NCBI GenBank assembly: GCA_964016885.1
Contig: OZ024742.1
Location: 106,826,001-106,890,000 of the forward strand
DNA: 64,000 bases
From: Eledone cirrhosa
Taxonomy: Eukaryota
Reading direction: 5' to 3'
Shown here: one piece after another, positions 51,560 to 64,000 of the stretch
How the letters are laid out: each line of letters begins with the position of its first letter
Position numbering within the stretch: position 1 is the stretch's first letter
Notes under the pieces: generated by a model
What the model was told of the DNA's origin: nothing
Database searches by the model: none
Seen by the model: the letters and a program-made list of their open reading frames with translations, nothing else
Made by a program: the position numbers and the translations under genes

Positions 51560-53017
51560 TTAAAACTGATAGATCAGGTTATGAAAGTGGCAGAAAGGAT
51601 TTTAGCACAACTAATTAGAGAAAGGGTCAAACTAGATGAGATGCAGTTTGGTTTTGTGCCTGGGAAGAGTACAACAGATGCCCTCTTCTTGGTGAGACAA
51701 ATGCAAGAGAGGTTCTTAGAGAAGAATAAGCCACTATACTTAGCCTTTGTTGACCTAGAGAAGGCCTTTGATAGGGTACCCCGATCTGTCATCTGGTGGT
51801 CCCTAAGGAAGCTGGGTGTTGAGGAATGGCTTGTAAGGACAGTGCAAACTTTGTACAGAGGTACTCTCAGTAAAGTCAGGGTAGGAATGGAGTTTAGTGA
51901 GGAATTCCAGATACAAGTAGGAGTACATCAGGGTTCGGTCCTCAGCCCACTCTTGTTCATTATAGTCCTCCAAGCCATAACAGAGGAGTTTAAGACTGGC
52001 TGTCCATGGGAACTTCTCTATGCTGACGATCTGGCTCTTATGGCAGAATCAGTAGAGGAGCTAGAGAATAAATTCCGGCTATGGAAACAGCAGTTGGAAG
52101 CAAGAGGACTGAGAGTAAATCTAGCTAAGACAAAAGTGTTGAGTAGAAAAGAGGACAAAACCCTGATTCCGTCAGGGAAATGGCCATGTTCGATATGCAG
52201 AAAAGGAACTGGCATAAATTCTATAAAATGCACACAATGTAGGTCCTGGGTACACAAGAGATGTAGCGGGATAGCAGGCAAACTAACAGGTAGGGAGAAA
52301 TATGTATGCAGTAGATGTACAGGGAAATTAGACAGTAGAAGTCGCACTGATAGACACATTTTTCAAATGCGAGAGGGCACTATAGAAGTGGTGGATAGCT
52401 TCCGGTACCTAGGAGATCAGATTAGCATGGGAGGAGGGTGTTCCGAGGCCATAGTATCTAGAATAAGGACGGGTTGGAAGAAGTTTAGGGAGCTGCTTCC
52501 TCTGTTGACGAAGAAGGGTTTCTCCCTGCGTACGAAAGGCCGGTTGTATGATGCCTGTGTGAGGAGCACGATGCTGCATGGTAGTGAGACATGGGCAGCT
52601 ACCGCAGAAGATATGCGACGGCTGGAGAGAAATGAGGCAAGCATGCTCCGTTGGATGTGCAGTGTAAATGTGCGTGAACGACCCAGCATAAATGTGTTGA
52701 GAGAGAAACTGTGTCTGAGAGGGATAGAATGTAGTGTACGGGAGAGGAGACTGAGGTGGTATGGACATGTGATGCGCATGGAGGATGACCGATGGGTGAA
52801 GAGGTGCCAGGAAATGCCAGTTGAAGGAAGACGTGGTAGAGGTAGACCACGAAAAACATGGGCGGAGGTGGTGAGAACAGACCTCAGATCATTGAAGCTC
52901 ACGGTGGAGATGACGAGGGACCGTGATGAGTGGAGAGATGCTGTGCTGAATAAGACCCGTCCCACCCTTGCAAGCAGGGAAAAGCGGACGTAAAATGATG
53001 ATGATGATGATGATGAT
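51560..53017 (+). mobile_element. Young 5'-truncated RTE-clade LINE with an uninterrupted RT ORF (to 52993) and (GAT)n tail
   Basis: QFGFVPGKST, FVDLEKAFDRV, GVHQGSVLSPLLF, LLYADDL, FRYLG, RRLRWYGHV, RGRGRP. No stops over ~475 codons; the endonuclease domain is absent. Confidence 0.95.
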
Positions 53018-55334
53018 TGTATACATTGTGGTGATTATATTTACAAATTTCACATTCTCCAATGCTTCAAAAGGCCTAGGTAGTCTCAAGTTGCAGATAA
53101 CTAGATGGCAACATGACCTATAGGATAAAGTGGGAGACCAGGTATGCAGATACTATTGCAAATCCAGAGAACTCCCTGAGCAAACTGAAGACATTGAAAT
53201 GGAGTGGACATTGTTCAGCTCAACAGTTCTTGCTTCAGCTGTTAAATGCTGTGGGTGAAAGAGGCTTAGTTTGGTGCCGGATGGCAGGAGAATCTCTTGG
53301 TTCAATCAAGAGCACCCTTATGACCCCATAATGGGTTATAGGTCCATACTTATATATATATTTAATGACATTCAATCAGATACATTTGTGTGGTGGTATG
53401 AGGATACAACAAATAAAAACAGATCACCATTATCACTATAAACAATTATTTTTGTTGTTAACAATAGAAATAATTCTTTGGTAAATTGCTTAATGAAATT
53501 CAAAACCAACCCACGGTTACTATGATTACAGAAACAAAAAAAGAAAAAAAAAAGGATAGAGCTTCTATATGGTCATTTGAACTGCTAGAAATAGCAGCAA
53601 AATCTTATCCTACCATACTCGTAAAAGGAATGATTCTTTGAATAATGTGATTCTTATACATTATGTCTGAATAAAAGGCAGGATGGTCACATCTTTGATC
53701 AGGGCAAACCTTGGGCTAAACAATACCACAATTTCATCAGTGTGCAGATGTATTGAGTGTGTGTATGGAGGGAATCCAATTCATTATTGTCAATTGTGGG
53801 TTATGTCACAACTAATAAGAGACAGAATGGAGCTAGATAAGAAGCAGTTTAGTTTTATGCTAGATACAGGTACTACAGACAGGTTTACTGATTTCTGTCA
53901 TTAGACGGTGGCCATACTGTGGCATCACCATTCAGGAATTTATTCTTTCAAATCTTGTGCTTCTCTTATTGATCTCCTTTAGTCAAAATGGTAAGTTACA
54001 AGAAATGAAGATACAAACGAAAACATACACACGCACGCACACACAAATATATATATATATCATCGTCTTCGATTCACCCAGCACATGTAAAGTGGTTGAT
54101 GTTTTGGAGGGCATACAGTCGTAGACACCATGCCAAAATGGAATATATGAGGATGACAGGGTCATTTGATTTGTCCGTCTCAAGCGAACTTCTTATATAC
54201 ACATCCATTTCTACATCTACCGGCATACATATAAGCTATACTGTGTCTGCGTCAGAAATTATTTTTATGTGGTCAATATTAAATGCTTGTCAGCATACAG
54301 ATTTCAAGTTTCCCTGTTCTACGTTAAAATTTCGTTTTTATCGTCAGTGCCGTTCATCTTAGCGAATCTAAATACCTGGAATGATCAGCAGGTAAATAAA
54401 TAAAAGAACGTTGTTAATTTTCTGCAAAACCCGCCAACTAAAGAAAAAAATCTTGAAAACTGAATAAATTAAAACTATTTCCCTTGGTGTGAAAAGTTGC
54501 CTCCCTTGGAAAAATTGCTCTCGCTCTGATATTCACTAATTTTAGTATTGTTATTTTCATACCAAACTAGTCTTCCGCTCTATCAACTGAGCTATCACGA
54601 GGCATCGCGGTCGATGTGACTGAGTCGTTAGAGTGTAGTATATTTGTTCCGGGTGTCTGCATTCAAAGTTCAAATTCAGCTTGATGTCCACTTTACCTTT
54701 CACACTTTCAGAATCGAAAAATACCAGCCCTCTCTACTTCCAGCTGTCATATCCTGCATATTCCACTGAATCAACGGAGGGTGAGTCGAAATGGGTATCC
54801 ATGTCTGCTCGCGACTGCATGGTTACCTAAAATCCTTAGGAAAAGTATGGTACACACTACTAAGACATACTCGATTATAAGTAACGGTTGTAATTTATTC
54901 TGATAGGGTTATGGCTATTTTGGATGCCAAACTAACAGACTTTTGATCAAAAGCATTCCAACATTGATCGTCTGGGGTTTTTTTACCTCAAGTTATCTAG
55001 GACTGCATTATTTAATGTGTCTGATTTTAAGAATAGTCATAAGGGTGTAATCTGAAATAGATTTGACTGACATTTCTTGTAAGTTAAATTACCAGTAAAG
55101 GCACCAATGTAAAATCAAACCAAAGTCATATTCATTTAGATAAGACTATAAAGTAATAACCAAGCACAAAGTATATCTAGCGAGGGGAGTGGCAGAAAAG
55201 AAGAAGTTAGCAATGTGCTATGTTGTAAAGATCAGAGCCGTGAAGCGTTCTGGATTGTAAGACAGTGTGCAAGAGAAAAGTGTATAAATTGCTACAAGGG
55301 CAAGAGATGCATTAGAGAAAAGTTACAGAGGTAT

Positions 55335-56190
55335 CAACTAATTAGGGACAGAATCAAATTAGATGAGATGTAGTTTGGATTTATACCAGGTAGGGGTATT
55401 AAAGATGCCCTCTTTCTAGTGAGACAACTACAAGAGAAATACTTAGCTAAGAGTAAGACATTGCATCTAGCATTTGTAGATCTGGAAAAGGCCTTTGACT
55501 GAGTCCCATGCTCCATAATCTGATGAGCACTTAGGAAGCTAAGTGTAGACCAATGGCTTGTAAGGGCCATGTATAGAGGAGCAAATAGCAGAGTGAGAAT
55601 TGGCAATGAGTACAGTGATGAATTTGAAGTGCAGGTGGGGGTACACCAGGGCTCAGTCCTCAGTCCACTCCTGTTTATCAGTCATTAAGGCCATCACTGG
55701 AAGTTTAAAACTGACATTCCATAGGACCTCCTTTATGCTGATAACCTAGTCCTCATGACTGAATCCATGAGATCATCATCATCATCATCATCATCAGGTT
55801 TAGCGTCGTTAGAGGCAAAGTCTTAAGCATGGAAGAACCTAAAGTTGAAAGGTCTAAAAGTAAATATAGTGAAGATGAAAGTCCTAATATGTAGAAAAGA
55901 AGACAGGAGGGTGATACCATCAGAGAAGTGGCCTTATTTGATATGTGTGAAAGGGGTGGGCAGAAATTCCATAAGGTGCACACCACGTAATTTGTAAACA
56001 CACAAGAGTTGTAGTATTTATAAATACACAAGAGATGTAGTAGGCAGACTAACAGAAAAGTTATACAGACGAAGTAAGCACTAAGAACACACGTAAAATA
56101 GATTCCTTTAGTTGCCAGGGAGACTCTTTAGAAGTAGTCGATAGATTTTGTAACCTAGGCTATCAAATCAGCAGCGGAGGAGGATATACT
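55335..56190 (+). mobile_element. Old degraded copy of the same RTE LINE lineage
   Basis: Colinear with 51608-52445, including the zinc-finger region, with many stops. A further short fragment lies at ~53805-53880. Confidence 0.85.
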
Positions 56191-57069
56191 GAAGGAATCA
56201 GGCTTCTATCTTCTCTCCTACTCACTAGCATTTAATTTTGGCTAAGTTTACTCTCAGACCTTTTGATTCTAAATTCTGTTTCCACAGCCAGAACTTATTT
56301 TCTAGGTCTTTAATGGATTCAGCTATCTATATTCAGACAGTTACTTATACTCCTTCTTAATCACTTTCATACCCTCTTTAATAAATATGTAGGTGGGGGT
56401 GAAGTGACATTAATATCCATTAAAAAATTATTAATTAAAACTGATTTCCTTCATAATAATTCTGTTCTTGCAATACCATATAGATCTAGCTGTATTTTGT
56501 TTTCAAATTTAATAATATACACTCAAAAATAAAGATTATGTCAGGCAATCAGCATAAACTTTGTATGTTTATATTTGAGTAATACTTATACCATATGAGT
56601 ATATTATATTATCATACTGATGTAGGTATAATTACATCTTCAAGATGATACCTCACATTCATTCACCTTCAGTGACCATAGTCTTAGCCAGGAGATAACC
56701 TGCAGCCTTCTTTTTTCCTGTCATTTCATGGAAGTGAAATACTGAGTGAGCTAGGAATCCACTGCAGCCCAGCTTGACTGGAAATAGCCATTCCTGCATA
56801 TGTCTAGTATATTCATCAGGACAGTACAATACACACAATAGCAATAACAACGTTGATGTCTCAGTGATTACTTATTTTTCAGACCTGACTCAAGAAAGAC
56901 TAATAGTTTACAGAGGAATGTGACCTTATCTGTGAAACTGAGGCTGGAATGTATAACGAAGTAAAAGCTTGGTGGTTCAATGACAAGAGTTTCTGAGGGA
57001 TATGATAGTAAAAGGTAAATGGTTTCTGTCATACACAAGGCTATGCACTGTGTGTAGTAGGCAGACAAG

Positions 57070-57515
57070 TGAAGAATGTTCTGTGTAGTGGACAGGTTAG
57101 AGGACAGACTCAGGTGAGGACTGTCCTGTGTAGTGGGCAGGTGAGGACTATTGTGAGTAGTGGGCAGGTAAGAGAACAGAGGTGAGGACTGTTCTGTGTA
57201 GTGGGCAGATGGGGACTGTTGTGTGTGGTGAACAGGTGAGAGAACAGACGGAGGTGAAGGGTGTCATTTGTAGTAGACAGGTGAGTGTACAGAGACCAGG
57301 TGAGGACTTGTTTATAGTGGACAGGTGAGAGGACAGACACAGGTGAGGACTGTTGTGTGTGGTGGACAGATGAGAAGTGAGACTAAGGTGAGGGATGTTC
57401 TGTGTAGTGGGAAGGTGAGGGAACAGACTGAGGTGAGAGATGTGTGGTGGACAGATGAGAAGTGAGACTAAGGGGTGAGGACTTGTGTGTAACAATAATA
57501 CAGGTGAGTGGACAA
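57070..57515. repeat. Degenerate ~44-bp minisatellite
   Basis: Recurrent aggtgaggactgt..tgtgtagtgg.caggtgag units. Confidence 0.8.
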
Positions 57516-57599
57516 ATAACAATAGGGAGGAGTTTCATATACTGACAAAAACAACAAAGACGTTTTTTTTTTTAAAAACAGCAAAATAATAAAACTGCA

Positions 57600-58852
57600 G
57601 CAAAAATTTTAAGAAGAAAAAAACATCACAATATTTAATTTTAAGAATTTCTTTATTTTTTTTTAAATATTTTTTTCTTTTTTTTTTTCTGTTCAATTCC
57701 CTTTGTTTTCTTTGAAAATTTCTATTTAGTTTCACCCAATTTCAGTATCTTCTATTTAATCCCAGGAAGAAAAAAAAAAGTCTTTTGTTTTTGTTGTATT
57801 TTTTAAATAGAATTTTAGTAATTGTTTCTGTAGTTTTTCAAATTTTTATATTAATTTATTTTATCATGGTCATCATCTTTATCATCATTAATATAAGTAT
57901 TATTAATGTTTATTCTTCTTTATGTCTTTTATATTTGATATCTAAATTTTTTGTTTTAGTTTATTTATTGGATTTTATTCATTTTTCATTTCTTTATATC
58001 ATCTGAGATTTCTCAGTCAGATGGAAGTTGGTGAAGTGTGGACATTTAAAACATCTTTATAAAACAACCAGCAGTGTCAGAAAGGAGACCACTTGGGTTG
58101 CCTTGTCTGTTTGTTGCACGTTACTTCAGCCATGTGGGTAAGTGAAAAGGAGGAGACGGAGGCGGAGGAGCCATGGGCGCAGGGGGCAAAAGGGTGGGGG
58201 GTCTTCATTGTTCAGGTTTGGTTCATCTTAAAGAAGCTTCTTTCTTTATATCGTCACATAGAGATGTATACATTTATATATATACATATATATATATATA
58301 TGTACACACATATCTGTATATATACACACAAATTCATAATATATGTATGCATGTAAATATATATATTTATATACACACACACATATGCACACACACACAT
58401 ATATACACATAAATATACATATATAGATAGTATATATATATATATAAATATCTATACATTAATATATATATACAAACATGTATATATACACAAACATCTA
58501 TACATAAATATATACATATACATAACTATATATACAAACATGTATATATAAATATATACATATACATAAATACATATACAAACATGCATATATAAATATA
58601 TACATATAAATATATATACACATGTATATATAAATATATTCATATACATAAATACATAAAACATGTATATATAAATATATACATAAATGCATACACATAT
58701 ATGTATAAATAATTATATATACATATATATGCATGTGTGTGCTTGAATCACCTGCCATTATGAGGAAGGTGGGGGACATGAGAAAACAAGCATAAAACTG
58801 TGATGTGTATCAAACAGAGATATTTGTTTTCTTCATATGGAACATTATTTTT

Positions 58853-58918
<66 letters not shown>

Positions 58919-58976
58919 TATACACATACCTTCATCATCATCATTTAATGTCCATTTTTCCCACTAGCAAGGGTTG

Positions 58977-59022
<46 letters not shown>

Positions 59023-59843
59023 ATGTTTTTAAATGTGGGTTTATTTCTGTTTCAATTTGCTTTTTGAAGTATCTATATTGTGTTGTTTTTTTTTTGTTAT
59101 TTAAATATTTGTCTTTGCATTGGTATTTATTGGTATTTTTTATGCTGTTTTCTGTCATTTGTTTCATTTTTCTATTTTTCACATCACATCTTAATTTCCC
59201 CCTCCCCAAATATGATAAATTACTTATTATTGATAGTTGTGTGTGGTGTTCGTTAATGCAGAAATGCAGAGATACTTAGCTTGTTGAATGTTGACTGTAG
59301 AGTCCCTATCTTGGCTGCACACCCATTCATACACAGGCACGTATTCATACATATCAACACACATATACATACATACCTAAATACGTACGCTCATACATAC
59401 ATACACATACATATGTACATACACACATACATACACACGCACTCATTAAAACCAACAGATAGAGCAGCCATCATAACACAGCAAAAAAAGCTCAGTGAAG
59501 TCAACACTAGTGCAGAAGAATCACAAAAAAAAAAAAAAAGTAGTAAGTTAAGTAATTCTTAGAATTTACAATAGGAAGTTGAGAGAGAGAGCGCGGTAGA
59601 GGGAGAGGAAGAATGTTCATTGTTAAATGCAGAGTGAGGTCAAAAGTCGAAGTGTTGTCCACATGTTGCCCACCACCGGCTGGCTGGATGTAGAAATTTC
59701 ATGAGTCAGATAAGAACAAAATTTTGCAATTTACAATGTTCGGCTAAAAGACACTCCTGTTTCTGCTTCTCATTTCTTGCAGACCAGTGCAAACATCCTG
59801 TAAATGTTAGCAAAACTTCTGTGAGGCTCCTGTGTGCAGCAGA

Positions 59844-59883
<40 letters not shown>

Positions 59884-60573
59884 CAATACATATATATATA
59901 AATATACATATATATAAACACATATATGATATATATAGTATCTATATTATATATATATATATATCATATAAACACATTATATATAAAATATATATTATAT
60001 ATTATATATGTATATACTTAGAGAGAAAGAGTGAGTGTGTGTGGAATATGTTCTATAGAACCAGCAGATCAAAGTCTGTGCTTGGGTTGGACAGTACAAT
60101 CACAGCTGCCCTGGCAAAATGTCATATGCTAATGATCTGTTGGTGACAATAAAAACGAAAACACTTAATGCCACAAATAAAGATTACGGCACAGGCTGAA
60201 AGGGCTGCCTTGAAGGGAGGGAGAAAGATAGTGAGTGGAAAGAAAAAAAAAAAAGATGGTGAGTAAAAAGGATAGAGAGAGACAGTGAGAGAAAGAGAGA
60301 GCAAAAAATAAAAATATGACAAAGTATGCATTTGTAGGTGAATGTGTGTGTGTATGTGTGAAAAAGCAATTTGTGCATATGTAAATATATTTAATATATA
60401 TGTACATATGTGTATGTATTTGTATGTGTTTGTACATTCACAGATGTATATATGTTGATGGGGTGAGAGTAGGAAAAAGCATTTTTTTTTTAAATTTAAT
60501 GAGTCCAGCCATCTGCTATCTGTTCTTCTATCTTGTAACCATAACCCAAATTCTCTGTTTCCTAGTTTGCTGT
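57600..60573 (-). other. Putative long ABL 3' UTR containing microsatellites
   Basis: Follows the stop codon; lacks recognisable transposons; minus-strand AATAAA at ~57652-57657 and ~57965. The true 3' end is unknown. Confidence 0.4.
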
Positions 60574-62816
60574 TCATCGCTGTATGACTTGCAAGATTTC
60601 TTTATTTGTTGTCTGGATATCATTCAACAAGCTGGAGCTGCTACTGGTCAAACAGCTCCCTGACAGCGTCTTCAACTTCTGCAACTCAAGATGCAGCCGC
60701 GTCAATAACTCTCGTCCCTGGAACTTGCTATGGGGTGGTAAAGAATCAATGAACTGGGTACACATTTCATGATATGTTTGCACCTGTTTCGATAAGTCCA
60801 TGAACTCACCTGAGCTCTTCGAGCTACTTGTTGCCAAGGAATCAATGCGGCCTCCAAGTCGGCTCGACGCCTCTATGATTGAATCCTTTGAGACAGGCGT
60901 TTCAGATTTGGAGGTATCATCAACAGATTGATTTTGTGAATGTTTGCTGTCGGACGTATCGTTATCAATGTGGCGGTGACTCAGAGCGGCTGATCGGAAG
61001 TTAGAAAACAGAGTTTTAGGTGGAGGCTCATCTCTCTGGTTACCTGGCGGGGGTTTGTGAGCAATGCCAGGAGTCAAGTGCCCGGCAGTAAAGTCAGAAT
61101 TAGAGCTAAACCGATCAGATGACTGATCTGATTTGGCTCTGTCTATATCCCGCCCAGTGGGTTTCAGGGCTGCCACATCACTGCTAGGCGGAAGAGATGG
61201 TAGCTTCACTTTAGAGGCCATTTTGGACAAGACAGAAGGTGGTACATTGCTGTCGTTAACTTCTTTAGGCTGCCTATCATCAGTATCAGCTAACGACACT
61301 CGTGCACGGATGGGTGGTCTGGGAGGTGGTGAACGCACATCACTTTTGGATCTCTCTACGACTGAGTCGGGACTGCTTACTAATGTTGATTCAGTACTCG
61401 TAGGACTAGAGTCATTGACGTGAGCCAAACCTGGAGGCCTAGACGGAAATGGCTGGCCTACTTTATGGAAGCTGCGTAATTCAGATGTACTTTCATCAGG
61501 AGATTTTAATGGTTTATGCTGGAACTTTTTGTTTTCTTTTGGTTCTTCTTTCTTATTATCCTCAAACACATGGGAAAATCGAGGACTTATCCTCGACTTG
61601 CTTAGTTCTGATATATCATCAGATTTTGATCCTCCAGGAGAAATACTCGAAAGCATTCCATTGTCAGGCTTCGACGGAGAATAGTCAGGTTTGTTTCCCT
61701 GTACTTTACCATGAGTAAGGTCGGATTTCTGTCGTTGCAGTAATCCAGTAAATGACGATTTAGGGTTATCAACAAGCATTTGAGAAGACTGTGATTTGAC
61801 AACTGCAGAAGGTTTTAGGTTATGCTCCTGTTTAATACCAATATTATTGCTCTCCTCATCTTTACCACTATCTCCAGGTGTGTCAGCAGTCGGCGGCAAT
61901 GGAGGACAGGAAGTCACACTGGCCGTATCAGTACCAGAATCAACATCATCAATGCTAGATTCACGTTGGTCAGTATGGTTTGGTTCATCTTCCATTGACC
62001 TAAAATATGCTCCAATCCTCACCCCCTTTGGAATAGTCCCGTAACGGCTAATCGTCTTCACATTATCCGCATCTAATTTGCCGACATTGACAAAATTTTC
62101 TTGGTCCGCAGTCTCTTCAGAGTCTTGATTATCTGTCAGTGGCTTGCCCTTCTTAAAACTGGACGACCTGTGGGGTAGAGAAAGGGCAACCTTTGGGTAA
62201 ACACCACCATGTCCCGCTGCAGCTTCCATGCTCTCTTCACTGGTGCTCGTCTCTTTGTCTATTTTTGGCCGTTCAGGTCGGTTGTCTGCCGGAATCACAT
62301 GGTTCAAATGTCCAGGTGGCGGCCGAGGGGTTTTGTTTCCAAGATCTGAGATTATGTATTTTGATTTATCAATATGGGAACCTTTGAAACTTTCCGTCAT
62401 TTGGCGTGGAAAGTTATCATCGGAGTCCTTACTTCCCTGGTACTTATCATTGTCATGGCGTCGGAAGGATTTTGGTGAGCTACCCTTCAGTGACAAATGC
62501 TTAGTTTTAGTAAACCGATTGTTGCCAATGTAATTTTCAGGATGGCTCAGTTCTAAAGTGACTTGATGCTCAATTGAGTCTTCGTGAAGGGTTGAGGCCT
62601 CAATTTTGGCCTTCTGTTGTTTGATTTTGTTCTTCAGCTCTGACTCCATTTCTGAGGCCGTATCAATTGGTGGACCACGAAATGAAGTTGTTCGCTGAGG
62701 TGGAACTGGTGCCGGGCTCTTTTTCCTTGAAGACTTTCTCTGTAGTATCTCCATCTGTCGTTTGTCACAGTCTTCAAGGGGTGGAAGAACACGTCGACCA
62801 GCTGGAGGGGTAGCAC
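60574..62816 (-). CDS. ABL: Terminal coding exon of an ABL-family non-receptor tyrosine kinase (Pro-rich linker and F-actin-binding domain)
   Basis: Acceptor ttgcag|GT at 62816. APVPPQRTTSFR resembles ABL APTPPKRSSSFR. The C-terminus FIDSLPPHSKFQGRELLTRL...KEILQVIQR matches the ABL FABD. Kinase exons lie beyond the window. Confidence 0.9.
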
Positions 62817-62820
62817 CTGC

Positions 62821-62855
<35 letters not shown>

Positions 62856-64000
62856 TTGTTTTTACTTTAGGCACAAGGCCAGCAATTTTGGGGGAGGGGA
62901 AAGTCAAATCGACTACAGCGTGTTACTGGTACTTTATTCTATCGACCTCACAAGGAATTGAACACAAAACATAAAGGGCCATAACTATATTCTGCAAGGC
63001 ATGGTGCCTGACACTCTATCAATACTGCCAATCCACTGCCCTTAATAATTTCTCCATTCTGAGACAAGGCCAGCAATTTGAAGGGAAGGGGAAATAATGA
63101 TAATAATAATAGATCAAAATTGCTTGAATGTGGTCAATACCAACTAACAGCAAGCTAATTCCAGTTGTCATCAGAGCTTTAGGCTTAATACCACTAAAAC
63201 TAAGAGGGTATATTAAAAAACAGATCTCAAATAAACAAATTGCTCTCTGACAAAAGACTGACCACCACAAGCACCACCAAATGCTATATTGCTTCTCTGC
63301 ACAATCAGTTACACTGTCAACATCAAATCAAAGAACTGCTATGTAGTCCACTAACTTGCTAAACAGAATACTTTGGATCCTTAGATACACTGTATCTAAA
63401 TAAAAGATGGAATAGTCATGGATGGAGTGGAATATAGAGATAAGTAGAGTGTTAGTGAGCGTCGTCCAGAGTAATGGTAAGATAATATTTTAGAGAAGAT
63501 TTCAAGAATTATGTCCCTTGAACTCATAAACACTAAGAGAGGAGTACATCCCGCTTGAGAAATGGAATGGCTAATGAAGAAGGTGTCTAGCTGTTCTGTC
63601 ACAATGCATTCACCTTCTTACCCACAGGATGCAACAGTAACATAACACCTAGATTGGGGTGCCAAGTCTGTTGCTCCCTCCATCTCCATTACTTTATTTA
63701 ATTTTTTGTTCATATTGCAAACATAATTTAATTGAAATGAAAAGCTTCTCATTACTCGTGGCGGGGGGGGAGACTAACAAATATTTGAGAATTTGAAGGC
63801 TTCCATCATCATTTAACTCCTACTTTCCCTGCTAGCAAGAGTTGAATGGATTTTCACACACCAAGTGTGTACTGAAGCAGGGTCACTGATCTCCCAGACA
63901 GGCTGGGGTTCGCATCTTAAATACAGTTCTGCATTGTACTAAGTACACTTTATTGTGGCACCAGCGCCAAAGAGGCTGTCATGTGTCTGACACAACTGGA

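Noticed and set aside
51497-51560. Start of the 498-aa ORF as a real gene start
   Set aside because: AT-rich flank in frame with a 5'-truncated LINE; RT homology begins near KLIDQVMK.
54568-54602. tRNA-Tyr-like 5' fragment (gatagctcagttgatagagcggaagact, minus strand)
   Set aside because: Only ~35 nt with no T arm; at most a pseudogene or SINE scrap.
62817-62907. N-terminal MTFPSPK...IIIIII of the 777-aa ORF
   Set aside because: Intronic repeat and (ATT)n read-through upstream of the splice acceptor.

Overview
Repeat-rich animal genomic DNA. The AT/CA microsatellites, tRNA-derived SINEs with (GAT)n tails and RTE LINEs suggest a mollusc, probably an octopus/coleoid (inference). Two host genes lie on the minus strand. 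One is syntaxin-8 (STX8), coding exons 1-4 (32213->6285, continuing off the left edge), whose intron 3 is a U12-type minor intron. The other is the large terminal exon of an ABL tyrosine kinase (62816->60574). Between them are one intact and two decayed tRNA-Leu genes, a compact 3.9-kb Gypsy LTR element with both LTRs and a TSD, a related solo LTR, and CRE-, CR1-, RTE-, Helitron- and hAT-type remnants. STX8 introns hold a Buster-like hAT, a 42 x 50-bp array, a 149 x 63-bp array built from a SINE insertion junction, and a fold-back SINE palindrome. The most unusual signal is the Gypsy primer-binding position: it is exactly complementary to the 5' end (nt 1-12) of tRNA-Phe instead of a tRNA 3' CCA end. 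Also notable are a PHD finger inserted inside an intact RTE reverse transcriptase and a transposon target site that overlaps the U12 donor. All family assignments come from motif recognition; no searches were run.
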